Shown: positions 26,928 to 39,050, counted from the first letter of the stretch. The stretch is DNA of 64,000 bases from Eledone cirrhosa (GCA_964016885.1 OZ024755.1:38192001-38256000); one strand, 5' to 3'. The notes: generated by a model from the sequence alone, not told the origin. Translations and numbers: made by a program.

Positions 26928-27181
26928 TCCCCGGGTGTGTGACAGGCTCCAGTTGTGATGGGTAACCGGCGGCCACGTCTATGGTGACATCATTGAGGGC
27001 GGCCAAGGGTGGCGTCCCTATGTGGGTGTGTGACAGGCTCCAGTTGTGATGGGTAACCGGCGGCCACGTCTGTGGTGACATCATTGTGGGCGTGTGACAG
27101 GCTCCAGTTGTGATGGGGTAACCGGCGGCCACGTCTGTGGTGACATCATTGAGGGGGGCCAAGGACGCCGGTCTATCTACG
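26902..27181 (-). CDS. Candidate terminal coding exon of an unidentified gene
   Basis: Acceptor ctctcttgttgctacAG; GC/CpG-rich open frame VDRPASLAPLNDVTTDVAAGYP...YPSQLEPVTHPGSTVPYNGR*; no recognised homology. Confidence 0.45.
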
Positions 27182-27509
27182 CTGTAGCAACAAGAGAGTT
27201 GATGTAGACGAAACATTTATTTATTGACTTAGATTGTTATTTGTCTCTCACGACCCTCACATATTGATTCTTTGCTCGGTAACCACTTGTCGTTTCACAT
27301 GTAGACATAGAGGTAGAGAGAGTACAAAACAACCATTAATCTATCCCCCCCCCTTCTCTCTCTCTATATATATATATATAAGGAGTTGATGGACCCCACG
27401 ATATTTATCAATGCCAGGACCAGTTGTATCTCAGCGTACTCAATGGGCAATGTAATATATATATATATATTATATGTGTGTGTGTATATATATATACACA
27501 TATATGAAT

Positions 27510-27557
<48 letters not shown>

Positions 27558-27599
27558 TACAAAACAACCATCCATTAATCTATTTATCTCTCTCTCTCT

Positions 27600-27693
<94 letters not shown>

Positions 27694-27805
27694 TATAATC
27701 TAAGCTGCTTTTATTCCCAGGCTGTATTAAACCACTTAAAACTCCTGCTATATTATTATTATTAACTCTGTAAGTTCTAACAGAAGTGTGTGTGTAAGTG
27801 CTTGT

Positions 27806-27848
<43 letters not shown>

Positions 27849-27993
27849 AGCGTAGTTAAATGATGACGTATTTATAAACACTCACATACATAACGTACAT
27901 AACACATGCACACACGCACACACATGTGTGCGTGTAAGCGCGGTTAAATGATGATACATTCATAAACTCACGTAGACAACATACACACACATG

Positions 27994-28049
<56 letters not shown>

Positions 28050-28067
28050 GACACACATGTATGTATG

Positions 28068-28101
<34 letters not shown>

Positions 28102-28209
28102 GACATACACGTGTGTATATAGTTTTATTATCTGTTCATATAGAGTAGCTTTGCATATTCTTTATAGACTTTCAACACTGCATGGCCATTTGGACTGTTA
28201 CTTTCATTA

Positions 28210-28852
28210 TTGTGGTGGTGGTGGTGGTGTGGCGGTGGTGGTGGTGTGGTAGTGGTGGTGTGGTGGTGGTGTGGTAGTGGTGTGGCGGTGGTGGTGGTGT
28301 GGCGGTGATAGTGTGGTAGTGTTGGTGGTGTGGCGGTGGTAGTGTGTGCTTTACTGTTGTGGTTGTTGGTGCTGTTATTGTTGTTACTAGTGTTACTGTT
28401 AGTGTTGTTACTGTTGTGGTTGTTACTAGTGTTGTTAGTATTACTGTTATTGTTGTTACTAGTGTTACTGTTAGTATTGCTGTTAGTGTTGTTACTAGTG
28501 TTACTAGTGTTACTGTTAGTATTGCTGTTATTGTTGTTACTAGTGTTACTAGTGTTACTGTTAGTATTGCTGTTATTGTTGTTACTAGTGTTACTAGTGT
28601 TACTGTTAGTATTGCTGTTAGTGTTGTTACTGTTGTTACTAGTGTTACTGTTAGTATTGCTGTTATTGTTGTTACTAGTGTTACTAGTGTTACTGTTAGT
28701 ATTGCTGTTATTGTTGTTACTAGTGTTACTAGTGTTACTGTTAGTATTGCTGTTAGTGTTGTTACTGTTGTTACTAGTGTTACTGTTAGTATTGCTGTTA
28801 TTGTTGTTACTGTTGTTACTAGTGTTGTTACTGTTACTATTTTTATTGTTGT
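28210..28852. repeat. (GGT)n and GTT/ACT-based minisatellite
   Basis: Direct reading. Confidence 0.9.
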
Positions 28853-28924
28853 TATATTTGATTGGAAGTGACCTACTACATACAAACTAATCTATTCTTC
28901 AGATACTCCAGTTGTTTGATATGT

Positions 28925-29723
28925 CTGTGGTGTGGTGTGTGTCTGGTGTATGTCTGGTGTGTCTGGTGTGTTTGGCTGGTGTGTGGTGTGTTGAGTGTGT
29001 TTGGCTGGTGTGTGGTGTGTTGAGTGTGTTTGGCTGGTGTGTGGTGTGGTGTGTTGAGTGTTTGGCTGGTGTGTGGTGTATTTGGCTGGTGTGTGGTGTG
29101 TTGAGTGTGTTTGGCTGGTGTGTGGTGTGTTAAGTGTGTTTGGCTGGTGTGTGGTGTGTTAAGTGTGTTTGGCTGGCGTGTGTGTGTTTGGCTGGTGTGT
29201 GGTGTGGTGTGTTGAGTGTTTGGCTGGTGTGTGGTGTGTTTGGCTGGTGTGTGGTATGTTGAGTGTGTTTGGCTGGTGTGTGGTGTGTTGAGTGTGTTTG
29301 GCTGGGCTGGTGTGTGGTGTGGTGTGTTGAGTGTTTGGCTGGTGTGTGGTGTGTTTGGCTGGTGTGTGGTGTGTTGAGTGTGTTTGGCTGGTGTGTGGTG
29401 TGTTAAGTGTGTTTGGCTGGTGTGTGGTGTGTTAAGTGTGTTTGGCTGGTGTGTGGTGTGTTGAGTGTGTTTGGCTGGCGTGTGTGTGTTTGGCTGGTGT
29501 GTGGGATGTGTGCGCTGTGTTGAGTGTGTTTGGGTGATTTGTGTGTGTGTGGTGTGTTGAGTGTTTGGCTGGTGTGTGGTGTGTTTGGCTGGTGTGTGGT
29601 GTGTTAAGTGTGTTTGGCTGGTGTGTGGTGTGTTAAGTGTGTTTGGCTGGCGTGTGTGTGTTTGGCTGGTGTGTGGGGTGTGTGCGCTGTGTTGAGTGTG
29701 TTTGGGTGATTTGTGTGTGTGTG
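28925..29723. repeat. GT-rich minisatellite (gtgtttggctggtgtgtggtgtgttga)
   Basis: Direct reading. Confidence 0.9.
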
Positions 29724-29908
29724 GAGTATTGTTTTCACGGTAAAGGCTTTTACCTCCTATAATATCATAGCGAATCTATGAGATTTTGATATTATTTATT
29801 TTGAGAACAATACCTTACCATCAGTATGAGTGGCTAGTTACAAACGGTTTGAACAGAACAAGGTGAGAGAACTCGGGCCAGATACGGTTGGTTTAAATGC
29901 TAAAGGGG
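29724..29908 (-). mobile_element. piggyBac-like MITE family A, partial
   Basis: Reverse match to 33145-33384; ends tttaaatgctaaaggg. Confidence 0.75.
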
Positions 29909-30217
29909 TCTTCATCCTATTTTATAATCTATTGTCCAGCATCTCTGCACATCAGTCTTTATATTAACACTGGATTCTCAGTCAGTTTTAAACAAACACA
30001 TCACACACACACACATACACACACACACATACACGCCTGACACACACAGCACACACACACCTGACACAACACACACCAAACACAACACACACCAAACACA
30101 ACACATACACACCAAACACAACACATGCACACCTAACACAACACACGTACACTTAATATATTTTCAGCTTAAAGTCTGAGAGATCTGCTACATATGTCTT
30201 ACCATAGACTCGGAGCA

Positions 30218-30955
30218 ATGGAAGCCCTTATGAGTGAAATTGTGTAGGAAAGTATATGGAAGCCCTTATGAGTGAAATTGTGTTCGAAATTATATGGAAG
30301 CCCTGATGAGTGAAATTGTCAGTGGAAATTATATGGAAGTCCTTATGAGTGAAATTGTGTTGGAAAGTATATGGAAGCCCTTATGAGTGAAATTGTGTAG
30401 GAAAGTATATGGAAGCCCTTATGAGTGAAATTGTGTTCGAAATTATATGGAAGCCCTGATGAGTGAAATTGTCAGTGGAAATTATATGGAAGCCCTTATG
30501 AGTGAAATTGTGTTGGAAAGTATATGGAAGCCCTTATGAGTGAAATTGTGTAGGAAAGTATATGGAAGCCCTTATGAGTGAAATTGTGTTCGAAATTATA
30601 TGGAAGCCCTGATGAGTGAAATTGTCAGTGGAAATTATATGGAAGCCCTTATGAGTGAAATTGTGTTGGAAAGTATATGGAAGCCCTTATGAGTGAAATT
30701 GTGTAGGAAAGTATATGGAAGCCCTTATGAGTGAAATTGTGTTCGAAATTATATGGAAGCCCTGATGAGTGAAATTGTCAGTGGAAATTATATGGAAGCC
30801 CTTATGAGTGAAATTGTGTTGGAAAGTATATGGAAGCCCTTATGAGTGAAATTGTGTAGGAAAGTATATGGAAGCCCTTATGAGTGAAATTGTGTTGGAA
30901 ATTATAGGAAGCCCTTATGAGTGAAATTGTCAGTGGAAATTATATGGAAGTCCTT
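30218..30955. repeat. 38/39-bp minisatellite with a 153-bp higher-order period
   Basis: Variant tgtgtagg at 30241, 30394, 30547, 30700, 30853. Confidence 0.95.
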
Positions 30956-30974
30956 CAGATAGATAGTACCTGTA

Positions 30975-31885
30975 ATCCTGGTGATGTGTTGTTCTTCAGC
31001 AAGACACTTTATTTCACATTGCTCCAGTCCACTGTGTCCTTCAGCAAGACACTTTATTTCATGTTGCTCCAGTCCACTGTGTCCTTCAGCAAGACACTTT
31101 ATTTCATGTTGCTCCAGTCCACTGTGTCCTTCAGCAAGACACTTTATTTCATGTTGCTCCAGTCCACTGTATCCTTCAGCAAGACACTTTATTTCATGTT
31201 GCTCCAGTCTACTGTGTCCTTCAGCAAGACACTTTATTTCATGTTGCTCCAGTCTACTGTGTCCTTCAGCAAGACACTTTATTTCATGTTGCTCCAGTCT
31301 ACTGTGTCCTTCAGCAAGACACTTTATTTCATGTTGCTCCAGTCCACTGTGTCCTTCAGCAAGACACTTTATTTCATGTTGCTCCAGTCCACTGTGTCCT
31401 TCAGCAAGACACTTTATTTCATGTTGCTCCAGTCCACTGTATCCTTCAGCAAGACACTTTATTTCATGTTGCTCCAGTCTACTGTGTCCTTCAGCAAGAC
31501 ACTTTATTTCATGTTGCTCCAGTCTACTGTGTCCTTCAGCAAGACACTTTATTTCATGTTGCTCCAGTCTACTGTGTCCTTCAGCAAGACACTTTATTTC
31601 ATGTTGCTCCAGTCTACTGTGTCCTTCAGCAAGACACTTTATTTCACATTGCTCCAGTCCACTGTGTCCTTCAGCAAGACACTTTATTTCATGTTGCTGC
31701 AGTCCACTCAGTTGTAGAAATAAGTTATGATGTCACCAGTGCCAGGCTGTATTGGCCATTGTCTTTCCATTGGATAACATGAGTGGCATGGAGAGGGCGG
31801 GGCTGGTGTGTATGGGTGACTGTTGGTCTTCCACGAAAACATCTTGCCGGTCTTGTGCTTCGGAGAAGTACTTTCTAGGTGAAAA
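30975..31885 (+). mobile_element. SINE whose 45-bp core segment is amplified 16 times (30991-31710)
   Basis: Unit tccttcagcaagacactttatttcatgttgctccagtccactgtg matches the SINE core at 42937-42980; the sequence resumes in SINE register after the array. Confidence 0.85.
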
Positions 31886-31932
31886 GGGTGTCTTTATCCT
31901 ATCCTTGTTATTCTGATTCAGCTTAGGAATTA

Positions 31933-32306
31933 CCGTATTTCCCGGGGCTGAACACACTTCATTCTCGAGGACCCACCCTAATTTTGACAACCAAAAATTT
32001 GGAAAAAAAAAAATTGTTTCTACTTTTGGCACAAGGCCAGAAATTAACCCAGTACATAACTGGTACTTTATTTTATCGACCCCGTAAGGATGAAAGACAA
32101 AGTTAACCTTGGCGGGATTTGAACTCAGAATGGCAAGGGCCGTAACTCTATGCGTCAAAACATGGCGTCCGACCCTCTACCGATACTGCCAATTCACCGC
32201 CCCTTTGAAAAAAATAATAAACAACTTTCGGCCTCTAGGATTCATGGTAGATTTTTGAGACTTATCTTAGGAAAGAGCTAGCGTCTTTGGCACCGTGGAA
32301 ATACGG
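31933..32306. mobile_element. Tc2/pogo-type MITE interrupted by a SINE (about 32010-32205)
   Basis: TA|ccgtatttcc...ggaaatacgg|TA; related partial copy at 42701-42811. Confidence 0.8.
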
Positions 32307-33144
32307 TAATTAAATGGCCCACATGTTTGTGGAATACTCAGCCATACATTCATTGGATTCTCATTTGATCAAAGAAGTGAATGTTGTAGGTATTATCCTA
32401 TCACTGATAGTGTGTATATATATGTGTGTATATGGTTTCATTTGTGTGTATATATGTATGTGTGTGGATGTGAGTGTGTATGTGTGTGTGTGATTGTAAA
32501 TGAGGGAAATTGTGCGAGTGTGCATGTGTGAGTGGTTGTAAATGAGGGAAAGTTTGAGGTTTTGTGTGTATATCTGGCAGAGGAAATACTTTATTTGCAT
32601 GTGTGTTTGTGTGACTGTGTGTATGTGTGCATGTGTGTGTGCATGTAAGTGTGTGTGTGTGTGTGTGGTTGTAAATGAGGGAGAGTGTGTGCATGTGTGG
32701 GTGTGTGGTTGTGTGTGTGGTTGTAAATAAAGGAGAGTGCCAGGTTTTGTGTATCTGTGGCAGGGGAAATACTACAAGGTCATTCAGAAAAAAACCCAGC
32801 TTTTTGTTGCTGTCACCCCCCCCCCCCCCCCCCACCTTCCACTTTACTTCTATTCATTCATATATTTACAGAAAGGCTGTTACACAAGTCCCTATTGTAA
32901 TGGTTGTATTCCTTTAAGGTGACCTGAGTAGGTCTAGGCTTATCATTATTGAGGGATCCAGTTATCATTGATATAATTTATGTTGTCTCCTTACTGGCAT
33001 TGTGTGTGTGTCCCCAGTACACTATGTGGCATTAGGAAGGGCATCCAGTTGTAAAAGCCATGCCCAAATAGGGAACAGTAGTAAGAAACTGTGAGGAGAG
33101 CTGGACAGCAGTCTTAGAGAAGAACCCCCTCCCCTTTTACCCCT

Positions 33145-33384
33145 TTAACCCTTTAGCATTTAAACCAGCCATATCCGGCCAGAATTCTCTCACCTCTTTC
33201 TTTTCAAACTGGCCATAACTGGCCATTCATACTGATGTTAAGGTATGGTTCTCAAAATAAATAATAGCAAAATAATAACAAAATCTCATAGATTCAATAT
33301 TATGTGAGAGAATTCTGTGAAGTAAAGCCTTTACCATGAAAATATAATAGTATATATAGAGTAATGTAAATGGTAAAGGGTTAA
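33145..33384 (+). mobile_element. piggyBac-like MITE family A, complete
   Basis: TTAA-ccctttagcattt...aaatggtaaaggg-TTAA. Confidence 0.9.
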
Positions 33385-33489
33385 TGCATGTGTAAAATGG
33401 ACCCATCATATACAGCAGGTGTAATTATATAGTCTTTTACTGGTTTCACTTATTAGAATGTTTAGGCAATGACTTAAAGGGATTTATAT

Positions 33490-33684
33490 TATTCTATATA
33501 TACTATTATATTTTTGTGGTAAAGGCTTTACTTCTCATAATATCGAATCTATGAGATTTTTATATTATTTATTTTGAGAACAATACCTTAATGTCAACAT
33601 GAGCAGCCGGTTACGGCCGGTTTGAATAGAAGGAGGTGAGAAAATTCTGGCTGGATACGGCTGGTTTAAATGCTAAAGGGTTAA
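33490..33684 (-). mobile_element. piggyBac-like MITE family A, inverted partial copy
   Basis: Reverse match to the preceding copy; ends aaagggTTAA. Confidence 0.85.
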
Positions 33685-34261
33685 GCAAGTGTTTCGGTGT
33701 GGAACCCTTAATATGAGCAAGATGTGTTCATGTGACAATGTCTGGTCACAAACTGTAACGACCTGTCACAGATTTTATGATCTGAGTCAAATCCTATTGA
33801 AAATCTCTGCTCTCTCAGATGGATCAAATGGAATATGTCTCCTTCACACAGTCTATTTCTATGGTAGAACACTCTGCCTAACACTCACACTTCTCACAGT
33901 GTACTGGACACTGTTTATAGTAGCATGAACACCAAAGAAATAACCTTGTTCCCTTATATAGATGATGATGATGGTGATGATATGTATATTTAATTATTGA
34001 CATTAGTACCACTATTTTACAGAATGGGCTATGGGCTTTTCATCATGATATCAGCGCTACCACTTTACAGGGGGCTTTGTATGTGTATAATATATTTCTC
34101 CACATCTCTCTCTCCCTCTCTACAGTATTTCTGTAGACAAGGTAAAGGAAAGAAGAGTGCTCTATGTATAGTACAGAGCTATTTAATTATGTAATAAACA
34201 ACACAATATAATTATTCCATTACCAAAGGTAAGAAACGTCCAGCCTGTTCATCAGATAAAG

Positions 34262-34850
34262 TAATAATTGTTTCTACTTTAGGCACAAGGACAGCAATTA
34301 CCCAGTACATTACTGGTACTTTATTTTATCAACCCTGTAAGGATGAAAGGCAAAGTTAACCTCGGCGGGACTTGAACTCAGATCGTAAAGGGACGTAACT
34401 ATGCTAGAAAGCATGGCGTCCAAAGTAATAATAATTATTATTATTACTCAGCTGTAGAAATGAGATGATAGGGACTGGGGTCCCTATCATTCCACTGCAA
34501 AGTGGTCGTGGAGGTGCCACGGCAAAAAAGCACCCAGCACTCACTGTAAATGAGGTTGGTGTTAGGAAGGGCATCCAGCTGTAGAAATCAAGCCAGAATC
34601 AGTTCCCGTCCCACCCTTGCAAGCAGGGAAAAATGGACGTAAAATGATGATGATGATGATGATGATATATATATATAATTGTTTCTACTTTTGGCACAAG
34701 GCCAGCAATTATCCTGAGATACTTTATTTTATTGACCCTGTAAGGATGAAAGGCAAAGTTAATCTCGGCAGGATTTGAACTCAGACCCTAAAGAGCCGTA
34801 ACTCTATGCTGCAAAGCATGGTGTCAGACCCTCTACCGATACTGCCAATC
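34262..34850. mobile_element. Cluster of three SINE copies
   Basis: Two minus-strand ggatgaaaggcaaagttaa-type copies flank a plus-strand truncated tRNA-SINE (34446-34665). Confidence 0.85.
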
Positions 34851-34994
34851 CACGTTGATGGACCCAGTACATTTATCAATGCCAGGACTGGTTGTATCTC
34901 AGCGTACTCCGAGGGCAATATAAGATACACTCCCAGAGTATACACATAGTTATTCACTTCAATACAACACACGTAAAACGGGTGCTTATAATAG

Positions 34995-35110
34995 TTCCTG
35001 GACTCGAGTTTTGGCTGCACTTTATGCAGCAGTAAGGGGAACTGCACCATCCGTCTGCATATATTATGCAACAATGCACAATCGGCTTGTGCAGCTTCAT
35101 CAGCGGGTAT
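34995..35110 (-). ncRNA. Degenerate type I hammerhead with long stem II (G12 changed to A)
   Basis: ACCCG-CUGAUGA-AGCUGCAC...GUGCAGCC-AAAA-CUCGAG-UC^CAGG. Confidence 0.7.
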
Positions 35111-35460
35111 CGGCTTGTGCAGCTTCATCAGCGGGTATCGGCTTGTGCACTTCACTTCATCAGCGGGTATCGGCTTGTGCAGCTTCATCAGCGAGTATCG
35201 GCTTGTGCAGCTTCATCAGCGGGTATCGGCTTGTGCACTTCACTTCATCAGCGGGTATCGGCTTGTGCAGCTTCATCAGCGAGTATCGGCTTGTGCAGCT
35301 TCATCAGCGGGTATCGGCTTGTGCACTTCACTTCATCAGCGGGTATCGGCTTGTGCAGCTTCATCAGCGGGTATCGGCTTGTGCAGCTTCATCAGCGGGT
35401 ATCGGCTTGTGCAGCTTCATCAGCGGGTATCGGCTTGTGCAGCTTCATCAGCGGGTATCG
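35081..35460. repeat. 28/32-bp minisatellite, 13 copies, made of the hammerhead 5' half
   Basis: tcatcag at 35097, 35125, 35157...35445. Confidence 0.95.
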
Positions 35461-35718
35461 CCTAATCAATAACCAATCGATCGACAGAATCCAAACCCCA
35501 GCCCATGCCGGTCATGATTGTTTGTGACAACCGACACGGTAAAGGGACTAGCAACTGGAACCCGATACAACTCTGTCCCCCAACCAGCCACCGATTTACA
35601 AACTTTACGTGGTGGCGGGAGAATAGAAAACCAATCTTTTCGTTCCCGTCAAAAGCCCTCAGCCAACGTGTCTTAATAAGAAGTGAAAGGATGGATATTA
35701 GAAATAGCAGTCCACATC

Positions 35719-35763
<45 letters not shown>

Positions 35764-35901
35764 TCCACCTGGCATCTTACTGCAAAGTAGGGTCTCCTTC
35801 TGATATTGCAACTTTTCCATTAAAATACATTAAAACCTCACAAACCAAAATGCAGAGAGCATCCAGAGTGATCTGCCGATCTTTACACATGTTTTCCTCG
35901 G

Positions 35902-36152
35902 AAGGAGACCTTACTTTTGGGATTGCCCTCGTATAAAATAACTGCACGAAATTTGCACTTGACGGTAGCGTTCAACGGGAGCTCCATTCTCAATGGCTGC
36001 CAAGCCAAGATTGAGCATCCCAGGGAAGCGCGCGCATGCTTGTTTGGGAGTGAAGGAAACACCAATCACAACAGTGTTGCCAACAGCCGTACGAACAGTT
36101 TCTCTGCGTCCCCATCGCTTTGGAGACCTTACTTTTGGGATTACCCTCGTAT
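35902..36152 (-). mobile_element. mariner 5' end interrupted at a TA by a second TIR of the same family
   Basis: TIR tacgagggtaatcccaaaagtaaggtctcc occurs twice; transposase-like start MELPLNATVKCKFRAVI. Confidence 0.8.
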
Positions 36153-36161
36153 ATATCGATG

Positions 36162-36195
<34 letters not shown>

Positions 36196-36199
<4 letters not shown>

Positions 36200-36316
36200 C
36201 GGCGATGAATTAGTTTTGCGAGGTTTTTTATATGAAATCGTGTGTCGAAACAAATATTGTTATACTTGGGGAGGGTCATATTTGTGTAATATGACCCTCC
36301 CCAAGTATAACAATAT
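36196..36316 (-). mobile_element. TA-flanked fold-back mini-element
   Basis: 29-bp perfect arms 36254-36282 and 36288-36316 plus a one-sided tail. Confidence 0.7.
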
Positions 36317-36599
36317 ATATATATATATATGGTCCACCTGGTATCTTACCACACCCTCTCTCATATATGTTATTCAAACATACATATGTGTGTGTGTTGG
36401 CCATGTAAAGAGATGATCTGTGATTAAGAATCAGGTCAAAATTCCCTGACTAATTTATATATTATATTCACACACAGATATATTTATATATTCATCCAGC
36501 TTGGATATTCTCCGACCTTCATTCAAGCTGCCCTTACCCACACTTGTAGTACTGACTGCATCACAGCCCACTACCCTACCCCCCACCACCACACACACA

Positions 36600-37480
36600 C
36601 TCACCTACCACCCGCCTACCTTTCCCCCCACCTACCACCCACTTATCTTACCACTACATCGCTGCATCCTTCATTGTTTCTGGACCCTCTTCTCTGACCC
36701 AGTCACTTCTCACGTCTTTCCCAACCCACCAGGGCTGGTGCTACCATATAGGAAAACTAGGCATCCACCTAGGGCGCTGGTTTCAGGGAGTACATTTCTC
36801 GAAATAAACAAGTTTGATAAATAAATAAATTTTTTTTCATTTTTATTTCATACAGAGACAAACAAATGTTAAAAAATTTTTATTTTTATTTTTTGTTTAT
36901 GAATTTTGAAATTGATATTTTCCTAGGGTAGGGGAAGGGTGCTAGATCTGGTGTTGCTTAGGGTGCCAGTCTAGCACTGGCCCTGCAACTCACCCATCAT
37001 TGCCTTTAAGTGTGTCCATAATCTCCATGATCTTTTTGTGCACAGATCCTTCTCCCCCTCCCCTAGGACCCCTTTGCCTCCCGCTCTTGTTCTCACCTGT
37101 ACTGTAACATCTGCGTCTACACTCTCACAGTGTACTCTCACAGTGTACGACCAATTCCTTTTGCACTCACCACTCCTTCACTTGCACCAACGTTGTCTAC
37201 GCTCTGCGGTGGTCCCTTTGTGGGTCTATCTACATCGGACAGACAGGCCGGCATCTGGCAGACTGATTCACCGAACACCTTGGGGGACATACAACGAGAT
37301 AAAGACACTTCTGTCACTCATCACTTCTGTTTCCCTAACCACTCTATTCAGCTACTCGCTACCTCAGACCTCCTTTTACTCCACGGATCCACAGCCACTC
37401 ACACCAGGACCGAGTAGAACTTAATTTTCTGTCTCGGAACCTTTTTTCCATATAGACTCAATTCCCTGACCCCACAGTTC
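36600..37480 (+). mobile_element. Decayed Penelope-like retroelement (RT C-terminal region and GIY-YIG endonuclease)
   Basis: TYHP...SDPVTSHVFPNPP / IIAFKCVHNLHDLFVH / SFTCTNVVYALRWSLCGSIYIGQTGRHLAD*FTEH / LIFCLGTFFPYRLN; stops and frameshifts. Confidence 0.9.
36730..36985. mobile_element. hAT-type MITE inserted in the Penelope remnant
   Basis: TIRs cagggctggtgcta / tagcactggccctg; 8-bp TSD caacccac / caactcac. Confidence 0.85.
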
Positions 37481-37767
37481 CTTTAATGTCCCTTGACCAT
37501 TGTTCTCACACACAACCACAAGCACACATATATATATATACACACACAACCACAAGCACACATATATATATATACACACACAACCACAAGCACACATATA
37601 TATATATACACACACAACCACAAGCACACATATATATACACACACAACTCTCCACCCACCACACAATACACACCCTCATTTACAACATCAGTGAGTGTGT
37701 GTATGTGTGTGTGTGTGTGTATGCCATTCCACACATTATCTTGTCCTCTCTTGTTAATTTTCTTCAG

Positions 37768-37798
<31 letters not shown>

Positions 37799-38181
37799 GT
37801 GTGTGTGTGTGTGTGTGTATACATGTATATCTACATATATATACATATATATATATATTAGAGAGGGACAGAGAGAGAGAGAGATATCTTCAAAGTTGGT
37901 ATGTGTGACATTTCCTCTTGTTTTCTAATTTGGTTATATTACTATCAGATTGTATTGTTTTAAATTACCCCCCCTTATCTCATTGTATTGTGATATGTAC
38001 ACCCTGGGTGTGTGTCTATACTATTGTATTTATATATATATATATATATATATCATCATCATCATCGTAACCATTGGGAGACAAGAATGGCCAGAGTTGG
38101 CCATATCTTTCTCTGCTCCGCCGAGGACCATAAATTTGGTTAAGGATTTTACAGCTGGATTCCCTTCCTAACACCAACCAC

Positions 38182-38220
<39 letters not shown>

Positions 38221-38261
38221 CAGAAGGGATATTCAATTTGCTGGTAATTCAACAAATATAA

Positions 38262-38705
38262 ATGTGCGTAATATATATGTGTGTAATATATATATATATG
38301 TATGTGTGTGTGTGCGTAATATATATGTGTGTAATATATATATATGTGTGTAATATATATATGTGTGTGTGTGTAATATATATGTGTGTAATATATATAT
38401 ATATATGTGTGTAATATATATATGTGTGTGTGTGTGTGTGTAATATATATGTGTGTAATATATATATATATGTATGTGTGTGTGCGTAATATATATGTGT
38501 GTAATATATATATATATGTATGTGTGTGTGTGCGTAATATATATGTGTGTAATATATATATATATATGTGTGTAATATATATGTGTGTGTGTGTGTGTGC
38601 GTAATATATATGTGTGTAATATATATATATATGTATGTGTGTGTGTGCGTAATATATATGTGTGTAATATATATATATATATGTGTGTGTAATATATATG
38701 TGTAT
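38262..38705. repeat. gtgtaatatatat-type compound microsatellite
   Basis: Direct reading. Confidence 0.9.
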
Positions 38706-38957
38706 TCAAAATATTACACAAAAACATATATTATTTAGCGAAATTACTGACACCAAAAATTATGAATATAATAAATAATTGTTTCTACTTTTGGCACAAG
38801 GCCAGCAAATACCCAGTACATTACTGGTACTTTATTTTATCGACCCCGTAAGGATGAAAATATATATATGTGTGTGTGTGTAATATATATGTGTGTAATA
38901 TATATATATGTGTGTAATAATAACATTAAGAAAGATGCTGTGATTACATAAATCGTT

Positions 38958-39050
38958 TATTCATTATAATTATTTCAAAGGTTCCCTTATTCAATCCAAA
39001 ATGAACTATTTGTTTGTTGCTGGTATGGGAACGATATCTTCAGATGAAAT
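38958..39050 (-). ncRNA. Type I hammerhead motif, CUGAAGA core, decayed stem II base
   Basis: UUCAU-CUGAAGA-..GUUCCC...GGGAAC..-GAAA-UAAUUA-UA^AUGAA. Confidence 0.6.

Noticed and set aside
30301-30330. ctgatgagtgaaa in the 153-bp higher-order repeat resembling a hammerhead core
   Set aside because: No stem II between the boxes; other monomers read cttatga; the unit traces to a SINE end
30917-31730. 266-aa and 249-aa repeat ORFs, and the 303-aa ORF at 44436
   Set aside because: By-products of 45-bp and 42-bp units being multiples of three; the units derive from SINE and MITE sequence
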